A stretch of 64,000 bases of DNA from an uncultured Alphaproteobacteria bacterium (GCA_944391445.1 CALXTL010000005.1:16768-80767); one strand, 5' to 3'. Shown: positions 12,253 to 22,550, counted from the stretch's first letter. Made by a program: numbers and translations. The notes: generated from the sequence alone by a model not told the origin.

Positions 12253-13212
12253 ATGATAAAAAAGATGAAAAAAGAAATGACATACCGGGCAGCGCCCGAT
12301 GTGATGGAACAGATTTGCGCCTGGCGTGACTGGCTGGCCAAGGAGTGCCGTTTTTCGGCGCATACGGTTGATGCTTATACGCGAGACCTTAGTCTTTTTT
12401 TTGAATTTCTCAACAATACCCGGCGCACTCTGCCGACCCTCTCCGATCTTGAAAAACTGGAGATTCGCGCTTTTCGTGCATATCTGAGCGCGCGAGCCGA
12501 CAAACATATTGAAAAAACTTCTCTGGCACGGGAATTATCTGCGCTCAAAAATTTTTTCAAATATCTGGCGCTTAAAAACATTGTCAAAAACAGCGCCATC
12601 AGCATTGTCGCTTCACCCCGGCTGCCCAAAACACTGCCCCGGGCACTGGACATTGATCAAACACTCAACTTACTGGATGCAGCGCAAGAATCTGCGCACT
12701 TGGCAAAAAAAGAGTGGCAGGGACTGAGAGATGTCGCCGTTTTTACAATACTTTACGGATGCGGTTTGCGAATTTCTGAAGCCCTGTCACTCAACTGTGG
12801 CGATATCGACCATAACAATTTCCTCAAAATCAAAGGCAAAGGCAATAAGGAACGCATTGTTCCGTTGCTGCCTGTTGTTGTTGAAAAAATAAATGCCTAC
12901 CTCAGGGCCTGCCCCTACGATATCAAAAACGGCGATCCGCTTTTCCTTGGAGCAAGAGGTGATCGTCTGAGTCCGCGCATCATTCAGCGGTCTCTTGAAA
13001 AAATGCGGAGCTGTCTGGGCCTTCCCGATACATTGACGCCCCATGCCCTTCGTCATTCTTTCGCAACTCACCTTTTGGCTGAGGGAACAAATTTACGCGC
13101 CATTCAAGAATTATTAGGTCATGCGTCCCTCTCGACAACCCAGCGCTACACCGATGTGCAGATTGAAACTCTGCAAAAAGAGTATCATCAGGCACATCCG
13201 CTGGAAAAATAA
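12253..13212 (+). CDS. xerC: Tyrosine recombinase XerC/XerD
   Basis: C-terminal catalytic motif LRHSFATHLLAEGTNLRAIQELLGHASLSTTQRYT with the conserved R, HxxR and Y; 319 aa. XerC versus XerD cannot be distinguished from sequence alone. Confidence 0.85.
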   Translation: MIKKMKKEMTYRAAPDVMEQICAWRDWLAKECRFSAHTVDAYTRDLSLFFEFLNNTRRTLPTLSDLEKLEIRAFRAYLSARADKHIEKTSLARELSALKNFFKYLALKNIVKNSAISIVASPRLPKTLPRALDIDQTLNLLDAAQESAHLAKKEWQGLRDVAVFTILYGCGLRISEALSLNCGDIDHNNFLKIKGKGNKERIVPLLPVVVEKINAYLRACPYDIKNGDPLFLGARGDRLSPRIIQRSLEKMRSCLGLPDTLTPHALRHSFATHLLAEGTNLRAIQELLGHASLSTTQRYTDVQIETLQKEYHQAHPLEK

Positions 13213-13242
13213 AAAAACCGGCTGTTGCGGCCGGCTTTTTTT
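13211..13242. terminator. Bidirectional rho-independent terminator between xerC and rpmG
   Basis: GC stem ccggc/gccgg flanked by an A7 run and a T7 run. Confidence 0.5.
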
Positions 13243-13255
13243 ATCTTTCCAGAAA

Positions 13256-13423
13256 TTACTTCAATTTCTTCTCAACGAACTCTTCGTGCTTTTTCGACTT
13301 TTTGTCATATTTTTTCAAAGTCAGCTTTTCCGGATGAGTTCTCGGATTTTTTTCTGCCAGATAAAAAGTTCCCGTACCGGCGGTACTTTCCAATTTAACT
13401 TTAACTTTTACTGCTTTTGCCAT
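13256..13423 (-). CDS. rpmG: 50S ribosomal protein L33
   Basis: Translated by hand because the ORF track omits ORFs under 60 aa: MAKAVKVKVKLESTAGTGTFYLAEKNPRTHPEKLTLKKYDKKSKKHEEFVEKKLK (55 aa). Matches the L33 pattern MAK..IKL.S.A.TG.FY...KN.R....KL...KYDP..KKHV.F.E.K. Confidence 0.85.
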   Translation of the reverse strand: MAKAVKVKVKLESTAGTGTFYLAEKNPRTHPEKLTLKKYDKKSKKHEEFVEKKLK

Positions 13424-13517
13424 TGTTCTTCACTCTTTGCTTAATGTTTAAGATTCACACATTTAGGCGTACTATACATTTTTTTTGGCCTCTGTCAACT
13501 AGAATCTCATAGATTTT

Positions 13518-14612
13518 TCATAATTCCAACAATTGAGCGGCCGTTTTCAGCTCAAGTTCCGTATCTTCGCGCGATTCGCGCAGACATTCCTCGGTCCGAC
13601 CGGCCGCCAGCAAATTAGCAATATTTTTATTTTCCGGCATTTCAAAAGTGCAAATATCGGGAACAATTCCTTTCCCGTGCAAAGCTTGCCCTGACGGCGT
13701 ATAAAAATAAGCGCTGGTCAAAGACAAAACGCCCCCGCCCGGAAAATGAATCAGATTTTGAATGCTGCCTTTGCCAAAAGTCCGGGTACCGACAACCTTG
13801 GCACGTCCCTGCTCCTGGAGAGCCGCCGCCAATACTTCCGCCGCCGAAGCTGTTTTTCCGTCGACCAGCACAATCATCGGCCGGCCGCCTGAAATATCGC
13901 CGTCATGCGCCGTATAATAAGTCAGGCTATCGGGAGCGCGCCCTCTGACCGAAGTTATGATGGCCTCATCCAAAAACAAATCCGCCGTTTTGACGGCTTC
14001 TCCGAGCATTCCGCCCGAACAACCGCGTAAATCAAGAATAATCCCGCGGCTGTCCGGGTATTCCTGAACGGCACGTTGTATTTCTTCAACTGTAAAATTA
14101 TTAAAAGCAACAATTTTTAAATACAAATCTTTTCCTTCCATACGGCTGCCGAACTGGCGCCGCAATCCGGCCTTCTCCGTTTCAAGATCCTGCGCGCTGG
14201 CATAATATTTACTGTCGCCGTCAAGTTTTTTAACCGCTTCCGACATCATAAGGTCAAACAATTCAAAATCATGCTGTGAAGCCGCTGCCGACTTCTCCGT
14301 CGCCGCATCGACCATATCACCGCTGAGCCGCACCCAGGCTGTTATATCATCTTTATTTACCGGTTTGCGCAAAATTTTCAGCAGCCGACCATGATAATAC
14401 AAACTGACACGCTCTGCATCATCGCCGACGCGCAGCCGTGCATCTGCTGCCGTCAACCCTTTCAGAACATTAACGGCAGCATCCTCTGTTGTCATCGGCC
14501 GCACATATTGCGCCGGCACTTGTAAATACAGTGTTGCAAAATTGTCTTCCTCCGCTGCCAATGCGGGAAAAGCTATTAACAACAGCAAACCGATCCCTGC
14601 TTTCAAGCGCAT
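13518..14612 (-). CDS. ctpA: Carboxy-terminal processing protease, S41 family
   Basis: Signal peptide, PDZ-like region and S41 catalytic block PMIVLVDGKTASAAEVLAAALQEQGRAKVVGTRTFGKGSIQ. Confidence 0.9.
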   Translation of the reverse strand: MRLKAGIGLLLLIAFPALAAEEDNFATLYLQVPAQYVRPMTTEDAAVNVLKGLTAADARLRVGDDAERVSLYYHGRLLKILRKPVNKDDITAWVRLSGDMVDAATEKSAAASQHDFELFDLMMSEAVKKLDGDSKYYASAQDLETEKAGLRRQFGSRMEGKDLYLKIVAFNNFTVEEIQRAVQEYPDSRGIILDLRGCSGGMLGEAVKTADLFLDEAIITSVRGRAPDSLTYYTAHDGDISGGRPMIVLVDGKTASAAEVLAAALQEQGRAKVVGTRTFGKGSIQNLIHFPGGGVLSLTSAYFYTPSGQALHGKGIVPDICTFEMPENKNIANLLAAGRTEECLRESREDTELELKTAAQLLEL

Positions 14613-16591
14613 TTTGGTTTTCCTTTCCGTTTATTTTTTTGTTTTTTGCCCGAACGCACTTGGGCGGAATGCTCCAGTATTTTTCTGCCGCCGCCGCAAT
14701 AAGAAAAAATCAACCCGCCGGAAATCGGCGAGGCTTCTTCCAGTCGAGCCTGAATTTTTTCACCAAACGAAAAAGACATCCCCGAACGTCTGCCTTCCAG
14801 TGTCAACCCGCCGACCCCCGGCGTATAAATATCTCCGGGCAGCATTCTGAGCGGGATCAAACCTTCGGCACCAATTTCGGGCACACGGACAAAAAGCCCC
14901 GCAGACGAAGCGCCGGTCATTATCGTCTCAAACACCTGCCCGACCGCAGGCTCCAGATACGCAGATAAGAAACGCGCCGTCAGATCGCGCTCAGCCGCAA
15001 CCGCGCGACGCTCAGTATCACATAAATGCACGGCGGCTTTTTCAAACCACGCGGCAGAAAATTTTGCCGGCAGCGCGCCCTCTTCCCAACCAAAAGCACG
15101 AACCAGCGCACGATGCACTAAAAGATCGGCATAGCGACGGATTGGTGAAGTAAAATGCACATAATCTTTCAACCCCAGGCCAAAATGCCCGATATTCTTC
15201 GGACTGTACTGAGCCTGACATTGCAGCCGCAAAACCAGAACCTCAGCTCCGCCAGCAATTCCTTTTTTGCAACAGGTTTCGATTAATCGGTTAAAATGCG
15301 AAGGTTTAAGTGCCGTTGCCGCAGGCAATTTCAATTTAAGTTTGCTCAAAAGCGGCTGAACCTCATCAAGTTTTTCCGGACGCGGCCGTTCATGCACGCG
15401 AAACATCACCGGCAACTTTGTTTTTTCAAGCACCAAAGCGGCAGCATTATTGGCTGCAACCATAAATTCTTCAATAATTTTACAGCTTTCCGGGCGTTCC
15501 GCCGACATAGCCGACAAAACACGCCCCGCCGAATCAATCCGCAGTTTTGTTTCGCTGTTTTCCAAATTCAGCGCCCCCCGACGTCCGCGTTCACAACGCA
15601 AGGCCTGATAAGCGCCATACAAAGGCGGAATAATTTTATTTAAAAAGGCAGACTTTTCGCCGTCAAGATATTGTTGAACCTGACGATAGGTCAATCTGGC
15701 CGCTGACTGAATAACGGCCCGGGCAAAATCATAACGAATAATCCGTCCCTGCTTATCAATGTTCAAAAAACACGCAATAGCCGCGCGGCGTTTGAGCGGC
15801 ATCAGCGAACACAGTTCATTGGAAATTTTTTCCGGCAGCATCGGTATGGTCATATTTGGCAGATAAACTGAATTGCCGCGCCGATACGCTTCGCGGTCAA
15901 GCTCCGTTTCCGGCCGCACATAAAAACAGACATCGGCAACCGCCACAATCAGATTAAAACCGGCAGATGTTTCTTCGGCCCAGACGGCATCATCAAAATC
16001 TTTGGCATCATCACCATCAATCGTCACCAGCGGCACTTTGGTTAAATCAACCCGATGATCAGATGTAAAATCCGGCAGCGCGGCAAGTTCTTTTTCCGCT
16101 TTATTGTCAGGTAAATACGGAATATCATATCGATCAAGAATCAATGTAGCGGCTGCTTTGTTCAAATTAAACGATCCGAAATTTTTAACCACTTCGGCTT
16201 CTTTGCCGCCGCTAAGCTCGACACACACGTAATCGCCGTCATTGACTTTGCTGGAGCGACTCAAATACAAATGAGTCCGATGCGTTTTTTCCGCCGGTTG
16301 CAAAAAATATCTATCGCCGTGTTTTTTGACAACACCGTAAAGAGTTTCTGTCACCGCCGGCACGGAACTTTTGGTTTTAACCAGAGGCTTAACCCAATAA
16401 TCACCGCCGTTCTTAAAAACTTTACCGACAAACTCATCCCCAGCCTCCAGCCGGACGCGTCTTCCGGACAAAACATAAATCGGCGCTTTTACACCTGACG
16501 CGCGGGCAATCATATCACCTTCTCTGCCAATGCCAGTAACCGTCAGCAGCAAAGTTTGCTCATTAATTTTCTTTTTTTGTTTTTTACTCAT
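14603..16591 (-). CDS. rnr: Ribonuclease R (RNB family 3'-5' exoribonuclease)
   Basis: RNB-domain motifs (DGDDAKDFDDAVWAE, HFGLGLKDYVHFTSPIRRYADLLVHRAL), C-terminal S1 domain and a basic tail. Confidence 0.9.
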   Translation of the reverse strand: MSKKQKKKINEQTLLLTVTGIGREGDMIARASGVKAPIYVLSGRRVRLEAGDEFVGKVFKNGGDYWVKPLVKTKSSVPAVTETLYGVVKKHGDRYFLQPAEKTHRTHLYLSRSSKVNDGDYVCVELSGGKEAEVVKNFGSFNLNKAAATLILDRYDIPYLPDNKAEKELAALPDFTSDHRVDLTKVPLVTIDGDDAKDFDDAVWAEETSAGFNLIVAVADVCFYVRPETELDREAYRRGNSVYLPNMTIPMLPEKISNELCSLMPLKRRAAIACFLNIDKQGRIIRYDFARAVIQSAARLTYRQVQQYLDGEKSAFLNKIIPPLYGAYQALRCERGRRGALNLENSETKLRIDSAGRVLSAMSAERPESCKIIEEFMVAANNAAALVLEKTKLPVMFRVHERPRPEKLDEVQPLLSKLKLKLPAATALKPSHFNRLIETCCKKGIAGGAEVLVLRLQCQAQYSPKNIGHFGLGLKDYVHFTSPIRRYADLLVHRALVRAFGWEEGALPAKFSAAWFEKAAVHLCDTERRAVAAERDLTARFLSAYLEPAVGQVFETIMTGASSAGLFVRVPEIGAEGLIPLRMLPGDIYTPGVGGLTLEGRRSGMSFSFGEKIQARLEEASPISGGLIFSYCGGGRKILEHSAQVRSGKKQKNKRKGKPKCA

Positions 16592-17386
16592 TCAGACAAA
16601 TTCTGCCTTCAAAACGGTGTGATCAGACGGCTTGACATTCATGCGCGGCGCTTTGTCTACATCACAGTTTTTAAGACAATCGGCCGCATCCGGCGACAAA
16701 AACAAATAATCAATGCGCATTCCGAAATCTCGGGCCAAAGCTGCCCCGGCATAATCCCAATAAGTATATCCCGGCATTTGCGGATGCAGACTGCGAAACG
16801 CATCATAAAACCCCAGATACTGCAAAGCCGCCAATTTTTGCCTGACCTCCGGGCGAAACAGCGCATTACGCTGAAAATCCTCCGGCGCATAAACATCCAT
16901 ATCCGTCATAATCACGTTAAAATCTCCGCCAAGAACCACCGGCCGGCGCAGCTCCAATAAAGCCCTTGCCCGAACCAGAAGCCCGTCCATCCAACGAAGT
17001 TTGTATGCATAGCGGCTGTCATCATCGGGATCATTATACGGCGGATTGCCGTTGGGCAGATAAACCGACGCCGCAATATATCTGCCGCGGGACGTTTCCG
17101 TTTCCACCTCAAGATAACGAGCCCCGCCATCTTCAAAACCGGGCAACCCCTCCTGACGAACAGATATTTTATTCCGGCTGAGCACGGCCACACCGTTATA
17201 ACTTTTCTGTCCCAGAACGGCAGCTTCATACCCGGCCGCCCGCAATTCAAAGAACGGGAAAGCATTAGACTCGCATTTTATTTCTTGCAAGAACAATATA
17301 TCCGGCTGATTTTGCGCAAGCCACGCGGTCAGATTCTCTAATCTGGCATTAACCGAATTAACGTTATAAGTCGCAACAAGCATCAT
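16592..17386 (-). CDS. xthA: Exodeoxyribonuclease III (AP endonuclease)
   Basis: LVATYNVNSVNARL...DILFLQEIK...NGVAVLSR and the C-terminal SDHTVLKAEF, the ExoIII/EEP fold. Start set to the MM at 17386; the ORF-track extension is unlikely to be coding. Confidence 0.9.
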   Translation of the reverse strand: MMLVATYNVNSVNARLENLTAWLAQNQPDILFLQEIKCESNAFPFFELRAAGYEAAVLGQKSYNGVAVLSRNKISVRQEGLPGFEDGGARYLEVETETSRGRYIAASVYLPNGNPPYNDPDDDSRYAYKLRWMDGLLVRARALLELRRPVVLGGDFNVIMTDMDVYAPEDFQRNALFRPEVRQKLAALQYLGFYDAFRSLHPQMPGYTYWDYAGAALARDFGMRIDYLFLSPDAADCLKNCDVDKAPRMNVKPSDHTVLKAEFV

Positions 17387-17451
17387 TAACCCTTTTTTAT
17401 GAATATGCGAATAGAGTATAATAAAATTATAATGTTGGAAAGCAAAAAAAC

Positions 17452-18606
17452 ATGGATTTGGCAACTTATGCTTCTTCACCGGCAACCAGTCGCGGACGAC
17501 TGTATTCCGATTATCCTGATACAGTTCGCTCGCCGTTTCAGCGCGACCGCGACCGCTTGGTTCACTCAGCCGCTTTCCGCCGTCTTGACGGTAAGACACA
17601 AGTTTTCGCATACCACGAAGGCAAGAATTATCGTACCCGTCTGACTCACAGCATTGAGGTTGCCCAGATAACGCGCACCATATGTAAAAACCTTTGCCTC
17701 AACGAAGAACTTGGCGAAGCAATAGCCTTGGCGCACGATCTCGGCCATGCGCCGTTCGGCCACGCCGGCGAACGCGGGTTGAACAATGCCATGTCCCGTT
17801 TCGGCGGTTTCAATCACAATGTCAATTCGCTCAAAATCATGACGAGGCTTGAGCAGCACTATCCAGAATTTGACGGGCTCAACCTCACTTGGGAAACGCT
17901 GGAAGGAACCGTCAAACACAACGGTCCGCTCAAAAAAGCCGGCAATACTTACCTGCGCGAATACAACAAACTTTTTGACCTGGATCTGAAACATTTTTCT
18001 TCATTAGAATCTCAGGTGGCTTCATTCGCCGATGACATTGCCTATAACAACCATGATATCGACGACGGTTTTCGCGCCGGTTTTTTCTCAATCAAAGACC
18101 TTTGCCAGCTTGGTTTTATCCGTGACATCATCGAAAAATTTGACAAAGAAAATCCGCTATGCAGCGACAATGTCCGAATATACGCCATCACACGCAGCCT
18201 GATTGCGGCAATGATTCACGACTTGCTGGAAACAACTCGCCGCAACATAGCCGTACATAAAATCAGCACCTCGGACGATATCCGCCGTCAAAAAAGTTTC
18301 ACGGCCTGTTTTTCAAAACCGATGCAAAAAAACATTGATGAACTGCACATTTTTCTGAAAGAAAGATTCTACACATCCAGCAAAATCACCCGCATGGATA
18401 TCAAATCACAGCGCCTGGTTGAAGATTTATTTGCAATTTTAGTCAACAACTACAAACTGTTGCCGATGCAGGTGCGTCCGCATCTGAGCTCCGCCAGCAC
18501 GGATGAAGAGTTGGCTGAATGTGTCTGCACCTATATTGCCAACATGACCGACATGATGGCCATTGAAGAACATCAAAAACTTTTTGACGTCCATTGCCGT
18601 TTCTAA
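17452..18606 (+). CDS. dgt: dGTP triphosphohydrolase-like protein, HD domain
   Basis: HD-domain motifs RLTHSIEVAQI and HDLGHAPFGHAGE; 384 aa. Confidence 0.85.
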   Translation: MDLATYASSPATSRGRLYSDYPDTVRSPFQRDRDRLVHSAAFRRLDGKTQVFAYHEGKNYRTRLTHSIEVAQITRTICKNLCLNEELGEAIALAHDLGHAPFGHAGERGLNNAMSRFGGFNHNVNSLKIMTRLEQHYPEFDGLNLTWETLEGTVKHNGPLKKAGNTYLREYNKLFDLDLKHFSSLESQVASFADDIAYNNHDIDDGFRAGFFSIKDLCQLGFIRDIIEKFDKENPLCSDNVRIYAITRSLIAAMIHDLLETTRRNIAVHKISTSDDIRRQKSFTACFSKPMQKNIDELHIFLKERFYTSSKITRMDIKSQRLVEDLFAILVNNYKLLPMQVRPHLSSASTDEELAECVCTYIANMTDMMAIEEHQKLFDVHCRF

Positions 18607-18683
18607 GCTTTTTGTTAATTGATTATAAATGATTTTCCGCTACCATAAGCATATCAGAAAGAAAATATGCAAGGAGCTGGAAT

Positions 18684-19637
18684 ATGTTTGCTGATTTTGA
18701 ACAAGACAACAATAACGAAGATTATTTGGAAGATTTCCGCCAAAAACTGAATTCTTCTTCTGTGGAAGCTTTTGAAGAACGCAAAAATGAAATTAACCGC
18801 TCCAAAAACGTTTTTGTCGGCACGGTTTCCGGAATAGCTTTGGCTGCCGTCGTAGGCTGGTTTGTACTGTCACCGCGGTACGCATCGCAGGAAAATACGG
18901 AAATACCGGTCATCCGCAGACCACAAAGCGCAGTTAAAGTCCAGCCGAGTGATCCGGGCGGAATGGAAATTCAAAATCAGGACAAGTCCGTTTATGACAT
19001 CATTGAAAAAAAGCAGGATAAAACGCCGGCTGTCGAAAATCTGCTGCCGCCGCCCGAGGTGCCGCAGCTCCCTGTTGTAACGGCCGAAGTGGAAACCCCG
19101 GCGCAGACAGAAATCGGCAATCCGAAAGTAGCCCAAAAAGCCGAAGAGATCATCAAAGCCGCAGAACAAAAGAAAGCGCCACAGCCTGCCGAAACCGTGA
19201 AAGTGTCGGTCGCCGCGCCGGCAGTTGAGGTCAAAAACGAACCGGCCGAAATTAAAGAAGTAACCATTAAAGAGGCCGCTGCCGCACCTGCCCCGGCCGC
19301 TGCCGCACCGGCACCGACGGTTGAAAAAGTGGCCATCCCGGCAAAAGTTACCGTACCGGCCCCCAAAGAAAACAATACACCCGCCGTTGCCGGAAACTGG
19401 CAGGTCCAGCTGCTTTCCTCAACCAACCGCGCTTCGGTTGACGCCGCCTGGAACAATTTGCAAAAAAAATATCCGGTTCTCAAAAATCAACCGCAAGAAA
19501 TTGAAACAGCCGATCTGGGCGCCAAAGGAACCTATTATCGTCTCAAAGCCGGTGCTTTTTCAGATCGCGCCGGGGCTGATAAACTTTGCGCCGACATCAA
19601 AGCGCTCGGCGGAACCTGCATTGTAAAGAAAAAATAA
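18684..19637 (+). CDS. SPOR domain-containing cell-division protein
   Basis: AAGGAG ribosome-binding site; N-terminal transmembrane helix; Pro/Ala-rich linker; C-terminal SPOR domain (WQVQLLSSTNRASVDAAWNNLQKKYPVL...YYRLKAGAFSDRAGADKLCADIKALGGTCIV). Confidence 0.8.
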   Translation: MFADFEQDNNNEDYLEDFRQKLNSSSVEAFEERKNEINRSKNVFVGTVSGIALAAVVGWFVLSPRYASQENTEIPVIRRPQSAVKVQPSDPGGMEIQNQDKSVYDIIEKKQDKTPAVENLLPPPEVPQLPVVTAEVETPAQTEIGNPKVAQKAEEIIKAAEQKKAPQPAETVKVSVAAPAVEVKNEPAEIKEVTIKEAAAAPAPAAAAPAPTVEKVAIPAKVTVPAPKENNTPAVAGNWQVQLLSSTNRASVDAAWNNLQKKYPVLKNQPQEIETADLGAKGTYYRLKAGAFSDRAGADKLCADIKALGGTCIVKKK

Positions 19638-20305
19638 TGATCACCAGCCTTTTGCTCAGCATTCTTGTCAACTTTGTCCCTATTATTCTGGCCATTGTCC
19701 TGCATGAAATGGCTCATGGTTACGCGGCCAGATACTGTGGCGATAAAACGGCTGAACGAGCCGGAAGATTGTCCTTCAATCCGCTACGCCATATTGATAT
19801 TTTCGGGTCGCTTATATTGCCGTTGTTGCTTCTGCTGGCCAAAACAGGCTTTGTGTTTGGATGGGCAAAACCGGTTCCTGTAAACTATGGCAATCTGCAC
19901 CGCCCCAAAAGAGACCTGTTTATTGTCTCGACAGCAGGAATTGCCGCCAACCTTTTGCTGGCATTAACCGCGGCACTGCTGCTCACCCCCGTAGCTTATA
20001 TTTCGGGAGAATTATTGCACGGAATTGTTTCTTTGTTCCTGATGAACATGGTCATTTTCAACATTGTACTGGCCGTTTTTAACGCCTTGCCGATTCCTCC
20101 TCTTGACGGCTCAAAAATACTTTTCGGCTGGTCGGATAATCCGTATATTCAAAAATTTCTGCAGGCAGAACGCCAAGGCACGCTTTTTATCATTGGAGTG
20201 GCTTTTGTACTGCCTATACTGCTGCGCTGTGCAGGGTATGACTTTAACCCCTTCGGCACCTATATGATCAAAACCTCGAAATTTTTGATCTCACTTTTCT
20301 TATAG
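19637..20305 (+). CDS. Site-2 protease family (M50) membrane metalloprotease
   Basis: HEMAH zinc motif within a transmembrane helix, polytopic membrane profile, 222 aa. TAATG stop/start overlap with the SPOR gene. Confidence 0.75.
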   Translation: MITSLLLSILVNFVPIILAIVLHEMAHGYAARYCGDKTAERAGRLSFNPLRHIDIFGSLILPLLLLLAKTGFVFGWAKPVPVNYGNLHRPKRDLFIVSTAGIAANLLLALTAALLLTPVAYISGELLHGIVSLFLMNMVIFNIVLAVFNALPIPPLDGSKILFGWSDNPYIQKFLQAERQGTLFIIGVAFVLPILLRCAGYDFNPFGTYMIKTSKFLISLFL

Positions 20306-20312
20306 GAAAAAA

Positions 20313-21389
20313 ATGAAAGCCATTCTGCCCGCAATCCTGTCCTGCCAAAGTATTCAGCTCCTTGATGAGGAGAAAAAATTTTTTGCCGAGCAAAACCCGC
20401 TTGGCCTCAATCTCTTCGCACGCAACATCCACTCCGCCTCTCAGCTGAAAAAGCTGATCTCCGATTTCAAAAATGCTGTTGGCCGCGATGACGTCATCAT
20501 TGCCGTTGATCAGGAAGGCGGACGCGTCCGCCGGCTGCCTGACCCGGAATTTCGCAGTTACGCGGCTGCCGCCGACATAGGCGCGCTGCCGGATGACAAA
20601 GCCGAACTTGCTTGTCGGATGCATGCCCTGCTGATTGCCGCGGATCTGCAAGAACTCGGCATCAATGTCAATTATGCGCCGGTTCTGGATATTGCTTACC
20701 CGCAGACCTCTTCGGCATTGCTCAGCCGTTGTTTTTCCGCCGACGCGGACAAAGTTTTCAGGCTTGGACAAATATGCGTTGATACCTATCGGGAACACGG
20801 CATTGCGCCCTGTATCAAACATATGCCGGGACACGGCCGCGCCGCGGAAGATCCGCACTTGGGACTGCCGCGCATTGATACTTCTCTGGCCGAATTGGAG
20901 CAAGATATTTTCCCGTTCAGGAAAATTCATGGCGCTCCTCTGGCCATGACGGCGCATATTATTATTTCTGCCGTTGATAAAAACGCACCCGTCACCCACA
21001 GTGCCAAAGCCATCAAGACCTTAATTCGCGACCGGATCGGTTTTGACGGCTTGCTGGTTTCCGACGCAATTGACATGCAGGCGCTGCAAGGAACGCCGGG
21101 TACCCGGGCTAGTCGCGCCCTGAAAGCCGGTTGCGATTGTGTCTGTTATGCTTTGGGAGATATGAAAGAAATGACTGACATTGCCCAAAGTTGCCCGCCG
21201 ATGTCGGATAAAGCACTCGAACGGTTTGAAAAACTAAAAAAAGTGTGGAATAAAAAAGTTTTATTTGCAAATATTGATAAAACGGCTCAGAATTATCAAC
21301 AACTGATGGGACAAATTCCGTCTTATCATGAAACTTATGACGCAACTGAAGTCTTAAACAAACTACTCAAGGAGAAACACAAATGCTAA
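20313..21389 (+). CDS. nagZ: Beta-N-acetylhexosaminidase NagZ (GH3, peptidoglycan recycling)
   Basis: GH3 N-terminal-domain motifs (IAVDQEGGRVRRL, KHMPGHG); 358 aa. Confidence 0.88.
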   Translation: MKAILPAILSCQSIQLLDEEKKFFAEQNPLGLNLFARNIHSASQLKKLISDFKNAVGRDDVIIAVDQEGGRVRRLPDPEFRSYAAAADIGALPDDKAELACRMHALLIAADLQELGINVNYAPVLDIAYPQTSSALLSRCFSADADKVFRLGQICVDTYREHGIAPCIKHMPGHGRAAEDPHLGLPRIDTSLAELEQDIFPFRKIHGAPLAMTAHIIISAVDKNAPVTHSAKAIKTLIRDRIGFDGLLVSDAIDMQALQGTPGTRASRALKAGCDCVCYALGDMKEMTDIAQSCPPMSDKALERFEKLKKVWNKKVLFANIDKTAQNYQQLMGQIPSYHETYDATEVLNKLLKEKHKC

Positions 21390-21544
21390 CCTGGATTTTA
21401 CTGGCCATCATCGTCGCTGCCCTGCTGGGCTATATCAATGTGGACAAAGTCCGCGCCAAACTGATTGAATACTACAATCAGTATCTGCCCAAAGTCAAAA
21501 AAGCAATTGAAGATTTCAAAAACAAGAAAAACGAAAACAAATAA
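21383..21544 (+). CDS. Small hypothetical membrane protein, 53 aa
   Basis: ATG overlaps the nagZ stop (AATGCTAA). MLTWILLAIIVAALLGYINVDKVRAKLIEYYNQYLPKVKKAIEDFKNKKNENK is one transmembrane helix plus an amphipathic basic tail. Not in the ORF track because it is under 60 aa. Confidence 0.3.
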   Translation: MLTWILLAIIVAALLGYINVDKVRAKLIEYYNQYLPKVKKAIEDFKNKKNENK

Positions 21545-21676
21545 TTTCGGCTTCTTCGGTTTGGGGCTGCGCATTTACTCCGCAAAAACAAATAAATATG
21601 GCATATTAAATTTTTATGTGCTATGATAAAAAAAGAGATTGAAGAATCTTAATCTTGTTTTGGATGGAGAAAACCA

Positions 21677-22111
21677 ATGAGCATTGCCCCTACCAGAAGA
21701 GTAGGCAGCTCAACCTCAGCCCCGCGTGCTGATAAAAGTTATGCTGCCGCCCGCCTGAACACTCAGTTTGTTGAAATGATAGATACCAACAACAACGTTT
21801 TGGTGCGGGATGAAAATAATGAACATCATGCCCAGCCGCCTCTTGCGGATGAAGCGCCGGATAAACATTTTTCCTCAGAAATCTCGCCCGATACGGCTTA
21901 TGTAGCCAGCAGCATTGAAGCGCTGGCTGTCAGCGGCGTTTTTGATGAAAGCGAGCCTGCCTCGGAAGCATCGGACAACCATAAAGTTGGTGTCTATGAT
22001 AACAACCAGTCCATTATCCGCGATGAAGAACTTGAAAAAACCGGGCGCAACTATCTAAAACATTTTTATGAAAAAAATGAACATTTGAAAGATGTCGATG
22101 AATTAGTCTGA
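21677..22111 (+). CDS. Hypothetical acidic protein
   Basis: 144-aa ORF with an upstream GGAGA ribosome-binding site; no recognisable domain. Confidence 0.45.
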   Translation: MSIAPTRRVGSSTSAPRADKSYAAARLNTQFVEMIDTNNNVLVRDENNEHHAQPPLADEAPDKHFSSEISPDTAYVASSIEALAVSGVFDESEPASEASDNHKVGVYDNNQSIIRDEELEKTGRNYLKHFYEKNEHLKDVDELV

Positions 22112-22140
22112 AAACTGGCCGCTTCATAAATCAACAATAT

Positions 22141-22365
22141 CTAGTTTTCCGTTTTCTGACTCAAATCGCGTTTAACGCCCTCATAGCCTTTTTTAATTCC
22201 CTGCCCGGCTTCCTTAGCCAGCTCACGACTGCCCGAATCAACCTGCTCGGCCACATTGCCAACCGTTGTTTCCTGCGTGATGCTTCCTTCATAGATTCCC
22301 CGCCCGATCAGGTAAACCACCACCAGCACAATTAAATAAAACACATATTTAATAAATGTTCCCAT
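22141..22365 (-). CDS. Small hypothetical membrane protein
   Basis: GGGAGA ribosome-binding site; N-terminal transmembrane helix (FIKYVFYLIVLVVVYLIG); 74 aa. Confidence 0.45.
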   Translation of the reverse strand: MGTFIKYVFYLIVLVVVYLIGRGIYEGSITQETTVGNVAEQVDSGSRELAKEAGQGIKKGYEGVKRDLSQKTEN

Positions 22366-22471
22366 CTTCTATCTCCCGATATGCTTGTTTCACATTCCAG
22401 ATAAGCGTTGCAAAAATTTTTTCAAGTAGACGCGCTTTTGTTTTCCGAAAATTGCTCTGAAACAAACACAT

Positions 22472-22506
22472 AAAAAAAGATACCCCAAAATTGCTTCTGG
22501 GGTATC
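22472..22506 (-). terminator. Rho-independent terminator downstream of the autotransporter gene
   Basis: Hairpin gatacccca...tggggtatc; on the minus strand it is followed by a T7 run. Confidence 0.6.
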
Positions 22507-22550
22507 CCTTTATAAAGGAAATCACATAAAATCAAACTATTTGTTAAATC

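Noticed and set aside
13121-13444. 107-aa plus-strand ORF overlapping rpmG in antisense
   Set aside because: The minus-strand frame encodes a canonical L33 protein. The plus-strand ORF is a Phe/Leu-rich shadow frame.
18992-19483. 163-aa minus-strand ORF antisense to the SPOR protein linker
   Set aside because: It arises from the GC-rich Ala/Pro codon repeats of the linker, has no start context, and is antisense to a gene with a clear ribosome-binding site and domain.
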